Assembly: GCA_964577355.1 (NCBI GenBank)
Contig: CAZNYV010000002.1
Location: 1-57,980, forward strand
Direction of reading: 5' to 3'
Length of the DNA stretch: 57,980 nucleotides
Source of the DNA: an uncultured Campylobacteraceae bacterium
GTDB lineage: Bacteria > Campylobacterota > Campylobacteria > Campylobacterales > UBA6016
Shown: positions 18,480 through 28,244 of the stretch, piece after piece
Layout of the letters: each line of letters begins with the position of its first letter
How positions within the stretch are numbered: the first letter of the stretch is position 1
Notes under the pieces: model-generated
Database searches by the model: none
Told to the model about the DNA's origin: nothing
Seen by the model: only the letters and a program-made list of their open reading frames with translations
Translations under genes and position numbers: made by a program

Positions 18480-19772
18480 TTACGCCTTTGTTTTTTTGTT
18501 GAGCAAGTGAGTTAGCAGTTTGTCTTCCAACATAGCCATTTTTACAGCTGGGTATAGACCATTTTTTCTATAGTAATCAAACATCTGTTTTGGCTCTGCA
18601 CCCATTTGCATTGCTTCATAATATATAGCTTGGCTCGTTTCTTCGTCACTAATGGTTATACCCTCTGCTTTTGATAGTTCATCTACAATAAAAGTAATCT
18701 TTACACTTTTTATTGCATCTGGTTTCAACTCTTCTCTGATTGCTTTTACTTTTTCTTCGTCAGTTCTAAGACCTTCCAAGTCTTCTTTTGACATTGTTTG
18801 CAGCTTGTTTCTAAACATTAGCTCAGTCTCTTGGTCAACAATCACTGTAGGCAAATCAAAAGAGATATTTTCGATTAATTTTTCGATAAGTTGAGGTTTT
18901 AGAGTTTCGTTGTAGATTTTGCTCATTTTTTCTGATTTTAGCTCTTCTTTTACAGTGTTCATTAGTTGCTCAAGAGTACCTTCTTCGCCAAGAACTTTTT
19001 TGGCTAGCTCATCATTTAGCTCAACTTCACCTTTGACTTGTATATCTTTTACAGTAGCTTTAAATTTTGTAGTTTTACCAGCTAGTGTTTTGTTTTGATA
19101 CTCAGCTGGGAAAGCGACATCAAACTCTTTTTCTTCGTCGATTTTTGTACCTTCTAGGTTTGCTTCAAAATCAGGTAGGAATCTGCCAGCGCCCAGCTCA
19201 ACCATCATATCATTTGCGCTTCCACCTTCAAACTTTTCACCATCCAAGAAACCTTCAAAATCAATAGTCAAGAAATCGCCTTTTTTTGCTGCTCTTTTTC
19301 TAGCAAGCTTCTCAAGCGGAGCCATCGCTTTTGACATTGCTTTTATTCTCTCTTCAGCCTCTTTGTCGTCTGCAGTTTCTTCTTTGAAATCTGGTATTAA
19401 ACTATCAATTTTTTCTAGGACTATCTCTGGTCTAACGCTAAAAGCTATCTCAACATCAAGCCCAGCTTCAGTTTGTTCAAATTTTGTAACTTGAGGCTGA
19501 CCTATCAAGTCAGATACTTTCATACCAAGCTCTTCAATTCCTTTTGCCAACGCATCGTTTATTGCATCTTGTCTTGACTCTTCGCTTATTTGCGAGCCAA
19601 ATCTTTTCGCTATCATATTTGTAGGAACTTTGCCTTTTCTAAAACCATCAAATTTTGCATCTTTTGCATATTTCTTAGCTACCGTAGCAGCTTTTTTATC
19701 TAGGTATGAGTTTGATATTACGACTTCTATTTTACCGTTTGCTTTGTCTATTTTCTTTGGTGTTACCTTCAT
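18480..19772 (-). CDS. tig: trigger factor
   Basis: 430 aa. Ribosome-binding motif GFRKGKVP, FKBP-like middle domain, acidic C-terminal arm. Sits upstream of clpP. Confidence 0.9.
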   Translation of the reverse strand: MKVTPKKIDKANGKIEVVISNSYLDKKAATVAKKYAKDAKFDGFRKGKVPTNMIAKRFGSQISEESRQDAINDALAKGIEELGMKVSDLIGQPQVTKFEQTEAGLDVEIAFSVRPEIVLEKIDSLIPDFKEETADDKEAEERIKAMSKAMAPLEKLARKRAAKKGDFLTIDFEGFLDGEKFEGGSANDMMVELGAGRFLPDFEANLEGTKIDEEKEFDVAFPAEYQNKTLAGKTTKFKATVKDIQVKGEVELNDELAKKVLGEEGTLEQLMNTVKEELKSEKMSKIYNETLKPQLIEKLIENISFDLPTVIVDQETELMFRNKLQTMSKEDLEGLRTDEEKVKAIREELKPDAIKSVKITFIVDELSKAEGITISDEETSQAIYYEAMQMGAEPKQMFDYYRKNGLYPAVKMAMLEDKLLTHLLNKKTKA

Positions 19773-19844
19773 TTTGTTCCTTACTGTTTTGCTATATTAA
19801 AGTTGACGATTTTATCAAAAAATCCCTTTTGGGGCTGAATATGT

Positions 19845-20135
19845 CTATATGCCAATATCGTAATCTACAACTTTTGTCTCGAATCCATTGGCTTTTATCC
19901 AATCTACTACAGGTAGATGAGCCGGATCTTTTGCATATTTCAACAGGTCTTCACGACTCTTTAGGAGCACATTTAGTGCACAATCAAACGATCTCTCGGA
20001 GCGCACAAAATCAACCCCAACCTCGAGCTCAACGATATAATCTATATTTTGCTTGAGACTTTTCAGTTTTGATACAAGCTCACCTTGCAGTGTCTCGAAC
20101 GAGCTGTGACGAAAAAATACTAAATGTCTAATCAT
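19845..20135 (-). CDS. Dabb (stress-responsive alpha/beta-barrel) domain protein
   Basis: MIRHLVFFRH..LKYAKDPAHLPVV pattern. I prefer ATG 20135 (just after the upstream stop) over the track's TTG 20144. Confidence 0.6.
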   Translation of the reverse strand: MIRHLVFFRHSSFETLQGELVSKLKSLKQNIDYIVELEVGVDFVRSERSFDCALNVLLKSREDLLKYAKDPAHLPVVDWIKANGFETKVVDYDIGI

Positions 20136-20136
20136 T

Positions 20137-21222
20137 TTAGGCAATCCTCTCTAGTTTATTTGCTTTCAGTGAGTGAAAAAATGCAAGGGTTATTGGTGCA
20201 ATCGCCACGCTTGTGATAAGCGCTTCTGGTAGGTGATAAAAAATCTGAACTATCATCGACAGCGCTAGCAATCCTATCGACCACATCGCGCCATGTTCTA
20301 AATATCGATACTCAGACACAGTTCCTCTATCAACCAGTAATAAAGTAAGCGATCTCACGGCAAATGCTCCAACACCAAGACCGATCGCCATTATCACGAT
20401 ATTTTGAGTCACAGCAAATGCACCAAGCACTCCATCAAACGAGAAAGAAGCATCAATAAGCTCAAGATAGATAAACGATGCAATACCGCCTTGAACAGCT
20501 TTTGCTTTTGCATTTGAGTCGATTTTGTCTAGTTCACCATCATCTTCGTTGCCGTCATCTTCGAGTGCATTTTTGATGAGTTCAATGATTACATAAAGAG
20601 TAACCCCATATATCATACCAAGCACTATCTCTACTTTTGCATCCTTAATAATATGTTCGCCTGATGTAACATCGCTGGGTGCAAAATACCCGATTGCTGT
20701 CATCAAAAGCATTATGGCAACAATTTTGATTTCACCTAGATTAGCTAACTTTACAGCTCTACTCTCGATAAAAGAGATCCAGTGCATCTCTTTGTTTTTG
20801 TCAAATAAAAATGTTAAAAATACCATCAATAGAAAAGTGCCGCCAAAGCTCATCAATATATGGTGCGATGCCTGGATGATAGCTTCGTATTTTGCAGGGT
20901 TGTTGAGAGACATGCTCATAGCGTCAACCACACCCATATCGGTCGTAAAAACAACAATCAAAACAGGAAAAAACAGTCTCATTCCAAAAACTGCAATAAT
21001 CATCCCCCATGTAATGAAAGCACCTCGCCAAAAAACAGCCATATTTGCCAGTATTATTGCGTTTACGACGGCATTATCAAATGAGAGTGAGAGCTCCAGC
21101 ACAGATAGTATATTTGATTGATATACACCCATCATTCCCTTGTATATGTACACAGCTATAGAGGCCAAAATGGAGACTAAAACAACAGGATAAAAGTAAG
21201 AAATTGCTGGTTTTTGTTTCAT
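20137..21222 (-). CDS. TerC/DUF475-family integral membrane protein
   Basis: 361 aa, polytopic. Duplicated LELSLSFDNAV / LELIDASFSFDGV motifs. Confidence 0.6.
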   Translation of the reverse strand: MKQKPAISYFYPVVLVSILASIAVYIYKGMMGVYQSNILSVLELSLSFDNAVVNAIILANMAVFWRGAFITWGMIIAVFGMRLFFPVLIVVFTTDMGVVDAMSMSLNNPAKYEAIIQASHHILMSFGGTFLLMVFLTFLFDKNKEMHWISFIESRAVKLANLGEIKIVAIMLLMTAIGYFAPSDVTSGEHIIKDAKVEIVLGMIYGVTLYVIIELIKNALEDDGNEDDGELDKIDSNAKAKAVQGGIASFIYLELIDASFSFDGVLGAFAVTQNIVIMAIGLGVGAFAVRSLTLLLVDRGTVSEYRYLEHGAMWSIGLLALSMIVQIFYHLPEALITSVAIAPITLAFFHSLKANKLERIA

Positions 21223-21242
21223 AGAAAGCGCCTTGAAGTAAA

Positions 21243-21261
21243 GAGAGGCAGGGCGCCTCTC
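21243..21261 (-). terminator. stem-loop terminator candidate downstream of ppsA
   Basis: GAGAGGC-agggc-GCCTCTC: 7-bp stem, followed on the minus strand by TTTACTT. Confidence 0.45.
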
Positions 21262-21271
21262 ATGTTTGTGA

Positions 21272-23698
21272 TTATTTGTTTATTTCTGCTTCGATTTTTG
21301 CAATATTTTGCCAAGTAGAGATGACACTATCTGGATTTAGAGAAATAGAAGTGATTCCTTCTCTGACTAGTAGCTCAGCAATCTCAGGGTAGTCTGATGG
21401 AGCTTGTCCGCAGATACCAACATATTTTCCTGTATCTTTACAAGATTTGATAGCCATTTTGAACATTCTAGTAACCGCTGGGTGTCTCTCATCGAACACA
21501 TGCGCCACAAGTTCACCATCTCTGTCAACACCAAGAGTGAGCTGCGTTAGGTCATTTGAGCCGATTGAGAAGCCGTCAAAGTCTTTTAGATACTCGTCAG
21601 CCATGATAACATTTGACGGAAGTTCGCACATTACATACACTTGAAGACCATTTTCACCTTGAACCAGACCTTTTGATTTCATAATATCTAGACATTTTCT
21701 GCCCTCTTCTGGAGTTTTCACAAATGGAAGCATCAGTTTCATATTTGTCAGACCCATCTCGTCTCTAACATATTTTAGAGCTTCGCACTCCCATTCAAAC
21801 GCCTCTTTGTATTGCTCAGAGTAGTATCTGCTAGCACCTCTGTAGCCTATCATTGGGTTTTCTTCATGTGGCTCATATTCTGAACCACCTGGCATCTCTT
21901 TATACTCGTTTGATTTGAAGTCGCTCATTCTAACAATCACTGGTTTTGGATAGAACGCTGCAGCAATCATACCTACACCCTCTGTGATTTTCTTGATAAA
22001 GAACTCTTTTGGACCAGCGTATCCAGCCATTGTTTTTTTGATTTCTTCGATGTCAGCTATATCAGTTTTACCTTTTTCCATATCTCTCAGAGCTAGTGGG
22101 TGAGCGTGGATGTGTTGGATAATCATCTCCATACGAGCCAAACCAACACCGTCATTTGGTATTTGGCTAAATCCAAACGCTTTTTGTGGGTCACCGATAT
22201 TCATATACAGCTTTGTTTTTAGTTCAGGAAGGTTTCCAAGCTCAATGGTTTCAACTTCAAAATTCAATTTGCCATCATAAACAAACCCAGTCTCGCCCTC
22301 TGCACAGCTAACTGTAATCATTTGACCATCTTCAACAAGCTCTGTTGAACCTATGGCGCCTACGATTGCTGGAACACCGATTTCACGAGCAACGATAGCT
22401 GCATGACAAGTTCGTCCACCTCTGTTTGTGACGATTGCCGCCGCTTTTTTCATAACTGGTTCCCAGTCAGGATTTGTATTATCAGTTACAAGGATTTCAC
22501 CCTCTTGGAATTCGTTCATTCTGTTTAAGTCTTCTAAGATTCTGACTTTGCCAGCTCCAATTTTGCTACCAACTGGTGTACCTTTACAGATAAGTTTTTT
22601 CTCGTCAGCTTTTGCTTTTAGGATGTAAGTCTCTAGTTTGTTTGCGCCGTGTTTTGCTTTTTGGCTTTGAACTGTCTCAGGGCGTGCTTGGACGATGAAA
22701 ATATCTCCGCTGATACCATCTTTTGCCCACTCCATATCCATTGGTCTGTACTCGCCAGCCTCTTCGCAGTAGTGGTCTTCGATGATTACAGCATATCTTG
22801 CTAATTCCAAAACCTCTTCATCGGTCAGAGAAAATGTGTTGAACTCCTCTGGAGTAGTCGGGATATTATGAGTAAGGTGTTTGTGGCTTGAGCCTGGTGC
22901 AGAATAAACCATTTTGACATCTTTGTGTCCTAGTTTTCGCTTCAAAATTGGTTTTTTGCCATCTTTTAGAGTCGGCTTGAAGACATAAAATTCGTCAGGC
23001 GAAACCGTTCCGCCGACAACATTCTCACCAAGACCCCATGCAGAAGTTACAAACGCCGCATCTCTAAAGCCCGTCTCTGTATCGATTGAGAACATAACAC
23101 CACTTGAGCTCTTATCACTTCTTACCATTTTTTGCACACCAACAGACAAGGCTACTTGGAAGTGGTCAAATCCTCTTGAAGCTCTATAGCTAATAGCTCT
23201 GTCCGTAAATAGTGACGCAAAGCATGATTTGACATGGTGGATAAGGCTAGCTTCACCTTGAACATTTAGGTATGTATCTTGTTGCCCAGCAAAAGAAGCA
23301 TCTGGCAAATCTTCTGCAGTAGCAGAACTTCTAACTGCAACATCAGCTTCTTCCATGTTGTATTCGTTTGATAACGTGTGATACGCCTCTACTATTTCTT
23401 GTTTTAGCTCTTTTGGAAGCGGAGTCCCAAAAATCATATCTCTAATTCTCTGTGCTCTTGCCCGAACAACATCTATATCAGTAATATCAATATCGGAAAG
23501 CTCTTTTTTGATTGGTTCTCTTAAATTTTCGCTATCAAGCAGTGCCCAGTAGGCCTCACTCGTAATAGCGAACCCGTTTGGCACTTTGATACCTTTTGGT
23601 ACCAACAGTTGATACATCTCTCCGAGGCTAGCATTTTTGCCCCCAACAAGACCAACATCAGTGTTCCTCAGTTCGTTAAAAAACTTAATATACTTCAT
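21272..23698 (-). CDS. ppsA: phosphoenolpyruvate synthase
   Basis: 808 aa. [11 protein letters not shown], phospho-His motif [13 protein letters not shown], and a C-terminal PEP-utilising domain. Confidence 0.95.
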   Translation of the reverse strand: MKYIKFFNELRNTDVGLVGGKNASLGEMYQLLVPKGIKVPNGFAITSEAYWALLDSENLREPIKKELSDIDITDIDVVRARAQRIRDMIFGTPLPKELKQEIVEAYHTLSNEYNMEEADVAVRSSATAEDLPDASFAGQQDTYLNVQGEASLIHHVKSCFASLFTDRAISYRASRGFDHFQVALSVGVQKMVRSDKSSSGVMFSIDTETGFRDAAFVTSAWGLGENVVGGTVSPDEFYVFKPTLKDGKKPILKRKLGHKDVKMVYSAPGSSHKHLTHNIPTTPEEFNTFSLTDEEVLELARYAVIIEDHYCEEAGEYRPMDMEWAKDGISGDIFIVQARPETVQSQKAKHGANKLETYILKAKADEKKLICKGTPVGSKIGAGKVRILEDLNRMNEFQEGEILVTDNTNPDWEPVMKKAAAIVTNRGGRTCHAAIVAREIGVPAIVGAIGSTELVEDGQMITVSCAEGETGFVYDGKLNFEVETIELGNLPELKTKLYMNIGDPQKAFGFSQIPNDGVGLARMEMIIQHIHAHPLALRDMEKGKTDIADIEEIKKTMAGYAGPKEFFIKKITEGVGMIAAAFYPKPVIVRMSDFKSNEYKEMPGGSEYEPHEENPMIGYRGASRYYSEQYKEAFEWECEALKYVRDEMGLTNMKLMLPFVKTPEEGRKCLDIMKSKGLVQGENGLQVYVMCELPSNVIMADEYLKDFDGFSIGSNDLTQLTLGVDRDGELVAHVFDERHPAVTRMFKMAIKSCKDTGKYVGICGQAPSDYPEIAELLVREGITSISLNPDSVISTWQNIAKIEAEINK

Positions 23699-23812
23699 AA
23701 AAGACTCTCCTATTTTTTGTATGCTTGGGATTATCTTAACACCTGTTTGCTAAAAACAACATAGAAAATTTGCTACTATTCCACGAAATTTTAAAGGTAT
23801 AAAAGGATTTAA

Positions 23813-24313
23813 ATGTTTTTCGGAAAAGAGATGAAAGAGTATGACACTTCTGCAGAAGCCATGGATGGACTGAACTTCGCAACAATAAAAACTGAAAAAG
23901 GCGAGATGAAAATCAAACTTCTTCCAGAAGAAGCTCCGATAGCTGTTGCAAACTTTGCAGACCTTGCAAAAAAAGGCTTTTATGATGATTTGAACTTTCA
24001 TAGAGTAATCGCTGGCTTCATGGCTCAAGGTGGATGCCCAGAAGGCTCTGGCAGAGGCGGTCCTGGATATGCGATTAAATGTGAATGTGAAAAAAACACA
24101 TCAAAACATCAAAAAGGCACACTTTCAATGGCGCATGCTGGTAGAAATACGGGTGGGAGCCAATTTTTTATCTGTTTTGAAGCACAGCCACACCTAGATG
24201 GCATGCACACTGTTTTTGGTCAAATCGACAAAGATGATGCAGAGAGCCTAAAAGTACTCAAAGGTATCAAACAAGGCGATAAAATCTATTCAATCAAAAT
24301 CTCAGCAGAATAA
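23813..24313 (+). CDS. ppiB: cyclophilin-type peptidyl-prolyl cis-trans isomerase
   Basis: 166 aa. FHRVIAGFMAQGG, GTLSMAHAGRNTGGSQFFI. Confidence 0.9.
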   Translation: MFFGKEMKEYDTSAEAMDGLNFATIKTEKGEMKIKLLPEEAPIAVANFADLAKKGFYDDLNFHRVIAGFMAQGGCPEGSGRGGPGYAIKCECEKNTSKHQKGTLSMAHAGRNTGGSQFFICFEAQPHLDGMHTVFGQIDKDDAESLKVLKGIKQGDKIYSIKISAE

Positions 24314-24318
24314 TCAAA

Positions 24319-25386
24319 ATGCTAGTCCACATCTGTTGCTCTGTGGACAGCCACTACTTTTTGACTAGGCTACGAACCGACTATCCAAACGAACGACTGG
24401 TCGGCTATTTTTACAACCCAAATATCTTTCCCAAAAGCGAATATGACCTACGACTCCTAGATGTCAAAAGAAGCTGCAATAGACTCAGTATAGAGCTTAT
24501 TGAGGGCGAATACGACGATAACTATTGGGCAAATTGCGTGCGCGGACTGGAAAATGAACCAGAAAAAGGCAAAAGATGCGAGCTTTGTTTTGATATAAGA
24601 TTTGAGAAAAGCGCTCTAAAAGCAAAAGAGTTAGGGTTTGACAAATTCACCTCAACACTACTCCAAAGTCCTCTAAAGGATAAAAATCAGCTCAAAACAT
24701 CACTCGCCAAAATTGCTTCCAACAGCAATGTGGAGTTTGTTTTTGTAGATTATCTGGCTCAAGGCGGAAAAGAGGCTCAATCCAAAGTCTCACACGAAGA
24801 GGGGCTTTACCGTCAAAACTACTGCGGATGCGTTTGGGGCGTTATCAATCAGAGGGCAAACAATAAAAAATTAGCCGTGGAATGCTTTTCGCCACTTGAC
24901 AAAACTATTATGCCAAGCTCAAGTGAAAAACGAGTATCTATCTATGATGGATTCTCAAACACAAATACAATACAAAAAACAACCAAATCAAAAATACTAA
25001 ATTACAGGCTCTTGAGTGCAAAACTCAGTATCGAAGGAGTTGCGATTCCCTCGTTCGTCTTGGCATATTCAATAAGTAGCAAAAAAAGCTGGAGTAGCGG
25101 AGTTGAGTTTACACAAGATGGCATAGTGCATCTCAAAAAAGAGTCTGCAAAAATAATTTCTCTGTCCAAATTCTGTGAAATATGCAATAAATCTTGGAGA
25201 GATATTCACCACCTACTACAAAACCCGCCTTCGTTTGAGGAGCAGGTGATGGCGAGATTTACAATCAGTGGTGTCGTTTATGATGTTTCACCTGTTTTTG
25301 TGGTTGAAAATTGTACAAACATCTCATTGGTTGCAGCCGAACTGGATGCTTCTATTTTTGAAGATAGTGACGAGCACTACGAGTAG
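24319..25386 (+). CDS. queH: epoxyqueuosine reductase QueH (DUF208) with about 170-aa C-terminal extension
   Basis: VHICCSVDS, FYNPNIFPKSEY, KRCELCFDIRF, LYRQNYCGC within residues 1-185. Residues about 186-355 have no motif I recognise. Confidence 0.7.
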   Translation: MLVHICCSVDSHYFLTRLRTDYPNERLVGYFYNPNIFPKSEYDLRLLDVKRSCNRLSIELIEGEYDDNYWANCVRGLENEPEKGKRCELCFDIRFEKSALKAKELGFDKFTSTLLQSPLKDKNQLKTSLAKIASNSNVEFVFVDYLAQGGKEAQSKVSHEEGLYRQNYCGCVWGVINQRANNKKLAVECFSPLDKTIMPSSSEKRVSIYDGFSNTNTIQKTTKSKILNYRLLSAKLSIEGVAIPSFVLAYSISSKKSWSSGVEFTQDGIVHLKKESAKIISLSKFCEICNKSWRDIHHLLQNPPSFEEQVMARFTISGVVYDVSPVFVVENCTNISLVAAELDASIFEDSDEHYE

Positions 25387-25403
25387 CAATCCATTTAGCT
25401 CAA

Positions 25404-25431
25404 TTAAGTTTATTTTGGTTAGCCTTATAAT
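25404..25431 (+). promoter_or_regulatory. candidate sigma-70-type promoter (TTAAGT-16 nt-TATAAT)
   Basis: Read from the sequence. The -10 lies 26 nt upstream of ATG 25458. RBS GGAGG at 25448-25452. Confidence 0.35.
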
Positions 25432-25457
25432 CTATATTAAATCAACTCGGAGGTCTT

Positions 25458-26465
25458 ATGTTCGTCAGAAGAAAACTACTTATCTCTTCCATGCTTGTCG
25501 GCACCATTCTTCTTACAGGGTGTGGACCAGAAATTAAACTTGCTGAATATGCACCAGCTCATTTGTCAACAGCTACTGTTCTGCCAAGTCAAAGTGAACT
25601 AGAGGGTAAAAAACCAAAAGTTGTTGTTTTGGCAGTAAGCGACACTGGCTCTAGTGCTGCAAGAAATGCAAAAGCTGGTGATGCAGTAACTACAAAAATA
25701 GATAGCATTATCTCTACGAACAAATCTATAGAAGTGGTCGATAGAAGCGCTGCTGCGAAATTGCAAGATGAAGTAAGACTTATTGAGCTCAATAAAAAAT
25801 CAAAATACTCTGGACCAGCAATTGCCGATTTTGTTATTTCTGGCAATATCTCGACAGCATCTAGTGGCTCAAGATTCACAGAAGCATCTACATACTGCGA
25901 CAAAAAAGGCAGATGCTACACGACTCCAGCTAGTTGTACATATAGCGGAAGTGCCGGTGGCATACTTAAGGTCTATGGCTTGCCAGGTCTCAAAGTTGTA
26001 CACGCTGTAGACTTGCAAGGCTCTTCTAGCTTTAGCTCTGAGGGATACTGCAGAAGCAATTACGATGCAAACGGCCTAATATCTCAAGCTGGTGCAAACG
26101 CTGGAAAAAATGCAAAAGTAAAGCTACTAAACTTCTTTAGTCCAAAAGGGTACATAACAGAAAAAAGAGCCAAGGGAAGCGAATCGATATTTTTGGCTCA
26201 ATTTGGTACAGAAGATGGTGTGAAATTCAACGATAATGTCAAAATATACACAGTTTCAGTATCAAAAAATCCTCTAACAGGAAAAGAAAGCAAACAAGAG
26301 GTGTTTCTTGCTGATGCAAAAGTAACAAATCAGCTTACACAGAACACTAGCTGGGTTCTTGTCGAAGATGCAACCGTTGCCTCACAAATCAAACTTGGCG
26401 ATTTTGTGAAAATAGAATATAAACGCGGCTTTATGGACACGCTACAAGATGCTATTAGCGAATAA
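25458..26465 (+). CDS. lipoprotein, CsgG/FlgO/TolB-N-like N-terminal pattern plus beta-rich C-terminal domain
   Basis: 335 aa. Lipobox LLTGC|G. PKVVVLAVSDTG..IEVVDRSAAAKLQDEV..IADFVISGNI resembles the CsgG/LpoB/FlgO-type alpha/beta module. The C-terminus GYITEKRAKGSESIFLAQFGTEDGVKFNDNVKIY resembles a FlgT_C-like barrel. Confidence 0.55.
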   Translation: MFVRRKLLISSMLVGTILLTGCGPEIKLAEYAPAHLSTATVLPSQSELEGKKPKVVVLAVSDTGSSAARNAKAGDAVTTKIDSIISTNKSIEVVDRSAAAKLQDEVRLIELNKKSKYSGPAIADFVISGNISTASSGSRFTEASTYCDKKGRCYTTPASCTYSGSAGGILKVYGLPGLKVVHAVDLQGSSSFSSEGYCRSNYDANGLISQAGANAGKNAKVKLLNFFSPKGYITEKRAKGSESIFLAQFGTEDGVKFNDNVKIYTVSVSKNPLTGKESKQEVFLADAKVTNQLTQNTSWVLVEDATVASQIKLGDFVKIEYKRGFMDTLQDAISE

Positions 26466-27474
26466 TTTCAGCTTGTCACACCAAGAAGGCAAAGAAAAAC
26501 TATTCCAAAAGCTGCTACTGTGTGTGTTTTTGTTTTTTGGTTTGAATTCTCTTTTTGCCGACGACCTTCCATCATGGGTACTGACTCCACCTCAGAGCAC
26601 GAGTGAGTATTTATTTGGTGTCGGCGAGGGTTCAAGCATAAAAGAAGCCAAGGAAGATGCCTTGAATCAAATCGCTTCAAGCATATCAGTATCTATCCAA
26701 TCCAGCTACAAAATGGACGAGTCTTTGAGGCAATCAGGCTCGACATCGATTTATGGCAAAGACATTCAAAACAGCATTAAAAGCGATGTTCAAAAGATAG
26801 ACTTTAGTGAAGTAGAACTTGTTTCAAATGCTGTTTATAACACCAGAAACTACTTGCTACTAAAAGTAAACAGACTAAACTTAGCGAATGAAAAAGAGGA
26901 GCTACTCAAAACCAATCAAGAAAATTTAGCCAAAAAATTTAGCGGCATCTCTGGTCAAAACATTTTGTTTCAGCTGAAAGAGCTAAAACCAATGTTAAAA
27001 ACAGCAGATGAAACAATCGCTCTAGCAAAAATAGCCACTTTTCTTGATAGTAGAATTGACAACAAAGCTGCCATTGCTAGCCTCCAAAAATATGGTCAAT
27101 ACAATGAAGATTTGCTATCGCAAGCACAATTTGTAGTTGTTTCCGACGGCAGCTCAAGAGCTTTTGCTGACGCAATGAAAGAGTCTATAAATGCAGAAAA
27201 AATCAAAACCTCTGACAGAATAGGCAAAAATAGCGTAGTGATTAGAATTACTAGCCAAAGCACTAAAAGCTACATCTACTCTACTTATATGGTAAAATCA
27301 GCTGTCAAAATAGAGCTAATGACGCCTGATAGAGTGGTTGTCTCGACAATCAACAAAGATATTAGTGGCAACTCCAGTCTTGATTATAGCAACGCTACGC
27401 TCGCGGCTGGCTCTAGCTTTTCGGATGAAATAAAAGAGTCCGGTGTTTTTGCATATCTAGGTATCAAACAATAA
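26449..27474 (+). CDS. LPP20-domain secreted protein (long form)
   Basis: 341 aa. Signal peptide ..GLNSLFA|DD. LPP20 core LPSWVLTPP..YLFGVGEGSSIKEAKEDALNQIASSISVSIQS. An alternative TTG start at 26473 is possible. Confidence 0.65.
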   Translation: MLLANNFSLSHQEGKEKLFQKLLLCVFLFFGLNSLFADDLPSWVLTPPQSTSEYLFGVGEGSSIKEAKEDALNQIASSISVSIQSSYKMDESLRQSGSTSIYGKDIQNSIKSDVQKIDFSEVELVSNAVYNTRNYLLLKVNRLNLANEKEELLKTNQENLAKKFSGISGQNILFQLKELKPMLKTADETIALAKIATFLDSRIDNKAAIASLQKYGQYNEDLLSQAQFVVVSDGSSRAFADAMKESINAEKIKTSDRIGKNSVVIRITSQSTKSYIYSTYMVKSAVKIELMTPDRVVVSTINKDISGNSSLDYSNATLAAGSSFSDEIKESGVFAYLGIKQ

Positions 27475-27488
27475 AACAAGGAAGATAA

Positions 27489-28226
27489 ATGTCAAATAAA
27501 ATTACAAAACTATCGTTAGCTGTTGCGTCGGCACTATTTCTTGGAGCTAGTAGCGCTCAAGCTGCGATGTTACTGGGATTTGGAGCTGAGGCTGACTATT
27601 TCAATCCTCAAGTCGGTGGCTCTATGACTTATAATGGGGATTTGAAAACAACTACTGACTTTGGTGGAAAAAACGAAGGTACTTACCAGTTTGGTGCTTT
27701 TTTCGAGCATCCGGTGCCAATCATACCAAACCTTAGGGTAGACTATACTCCGCTGAAAATAAATGCAGCAAGCACAATTAATGCAAATCACGGCTCATTT
27801 AGTACTGGCGTGGCAACAAACAAAATCCAGCTAAATACACTAGATGTCACACCATACTACGAAATTCTGGACAATATTGTCAGCCTAGACCTTGGCGTAA
27901 CGGCTAGAATAATTGACGCCAGTATAGATACTACACAAGGTGCAAACACCAATAGTGAAAACAAATCAGTTGTATTGCCAATGGGCTATATTGCCGCAGA
28001 GGTCAAGCTTCCATTGACAGGACTTAGAATAAATGCTGATTTGAAATATTTGGCTGCAGCTGGCGATAAATATATGGACTCAAAAGCAAAGATTTCATAT
28101 GACATACTTGGTGGTCTTGGAGTTGAGGCTGGATATAGATACCAAGCACTCAAGCTAAACCACTTCAACTTTGACTCAGATGTAACGATAAAAGGTCCAT
28201 TTGTAGGTATGCACTACATATTCTAA
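27489..28226 (+). CDS. outer-membrane beta-barrel protein (resembles the TIGR04219-type family)
   Basis: 245 aa. Signal peptide ..SSAQA|A, alternating beta-strand pattern, FEHPVPIIPNLR motif, C-terminal ..GMHYIF. Confidence 0.6.
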   Translation: MSNKITKLSLAVASALFLGASSAQAAMLLGFGAEADYFNPQVGGSMTYNGDLKTTTDFGGKNEGTYQFGAFFEHPVPIIPNLRVDYTPLKINAASTINANHGSFSTGVATNKIQLNTLDVTPYYEILDNIVSLDLGVTARIIDASIDTTQGANTNSENKSVVLPMGYIAAEVKLPLTGLRINADLKYLAAAGDKYMDSKAKISYDILGGLGVEAGYRYQALKLNHFNFDSDVTIKGPFVGMHYIF

Positions 28227-28244
28227 TTTCTCAAAGGTTTCGTC

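Noticed and set aside
19826-19844. Short CCC-tttt-GGG(G) hairpin plus T-run downstream of the Dabb gene, as a possible terminator ahead of tig.
   Set aside because: The stem is only 3-4 bp, which is too weak to call. tig may have its own promoter here, but I cannot define one.
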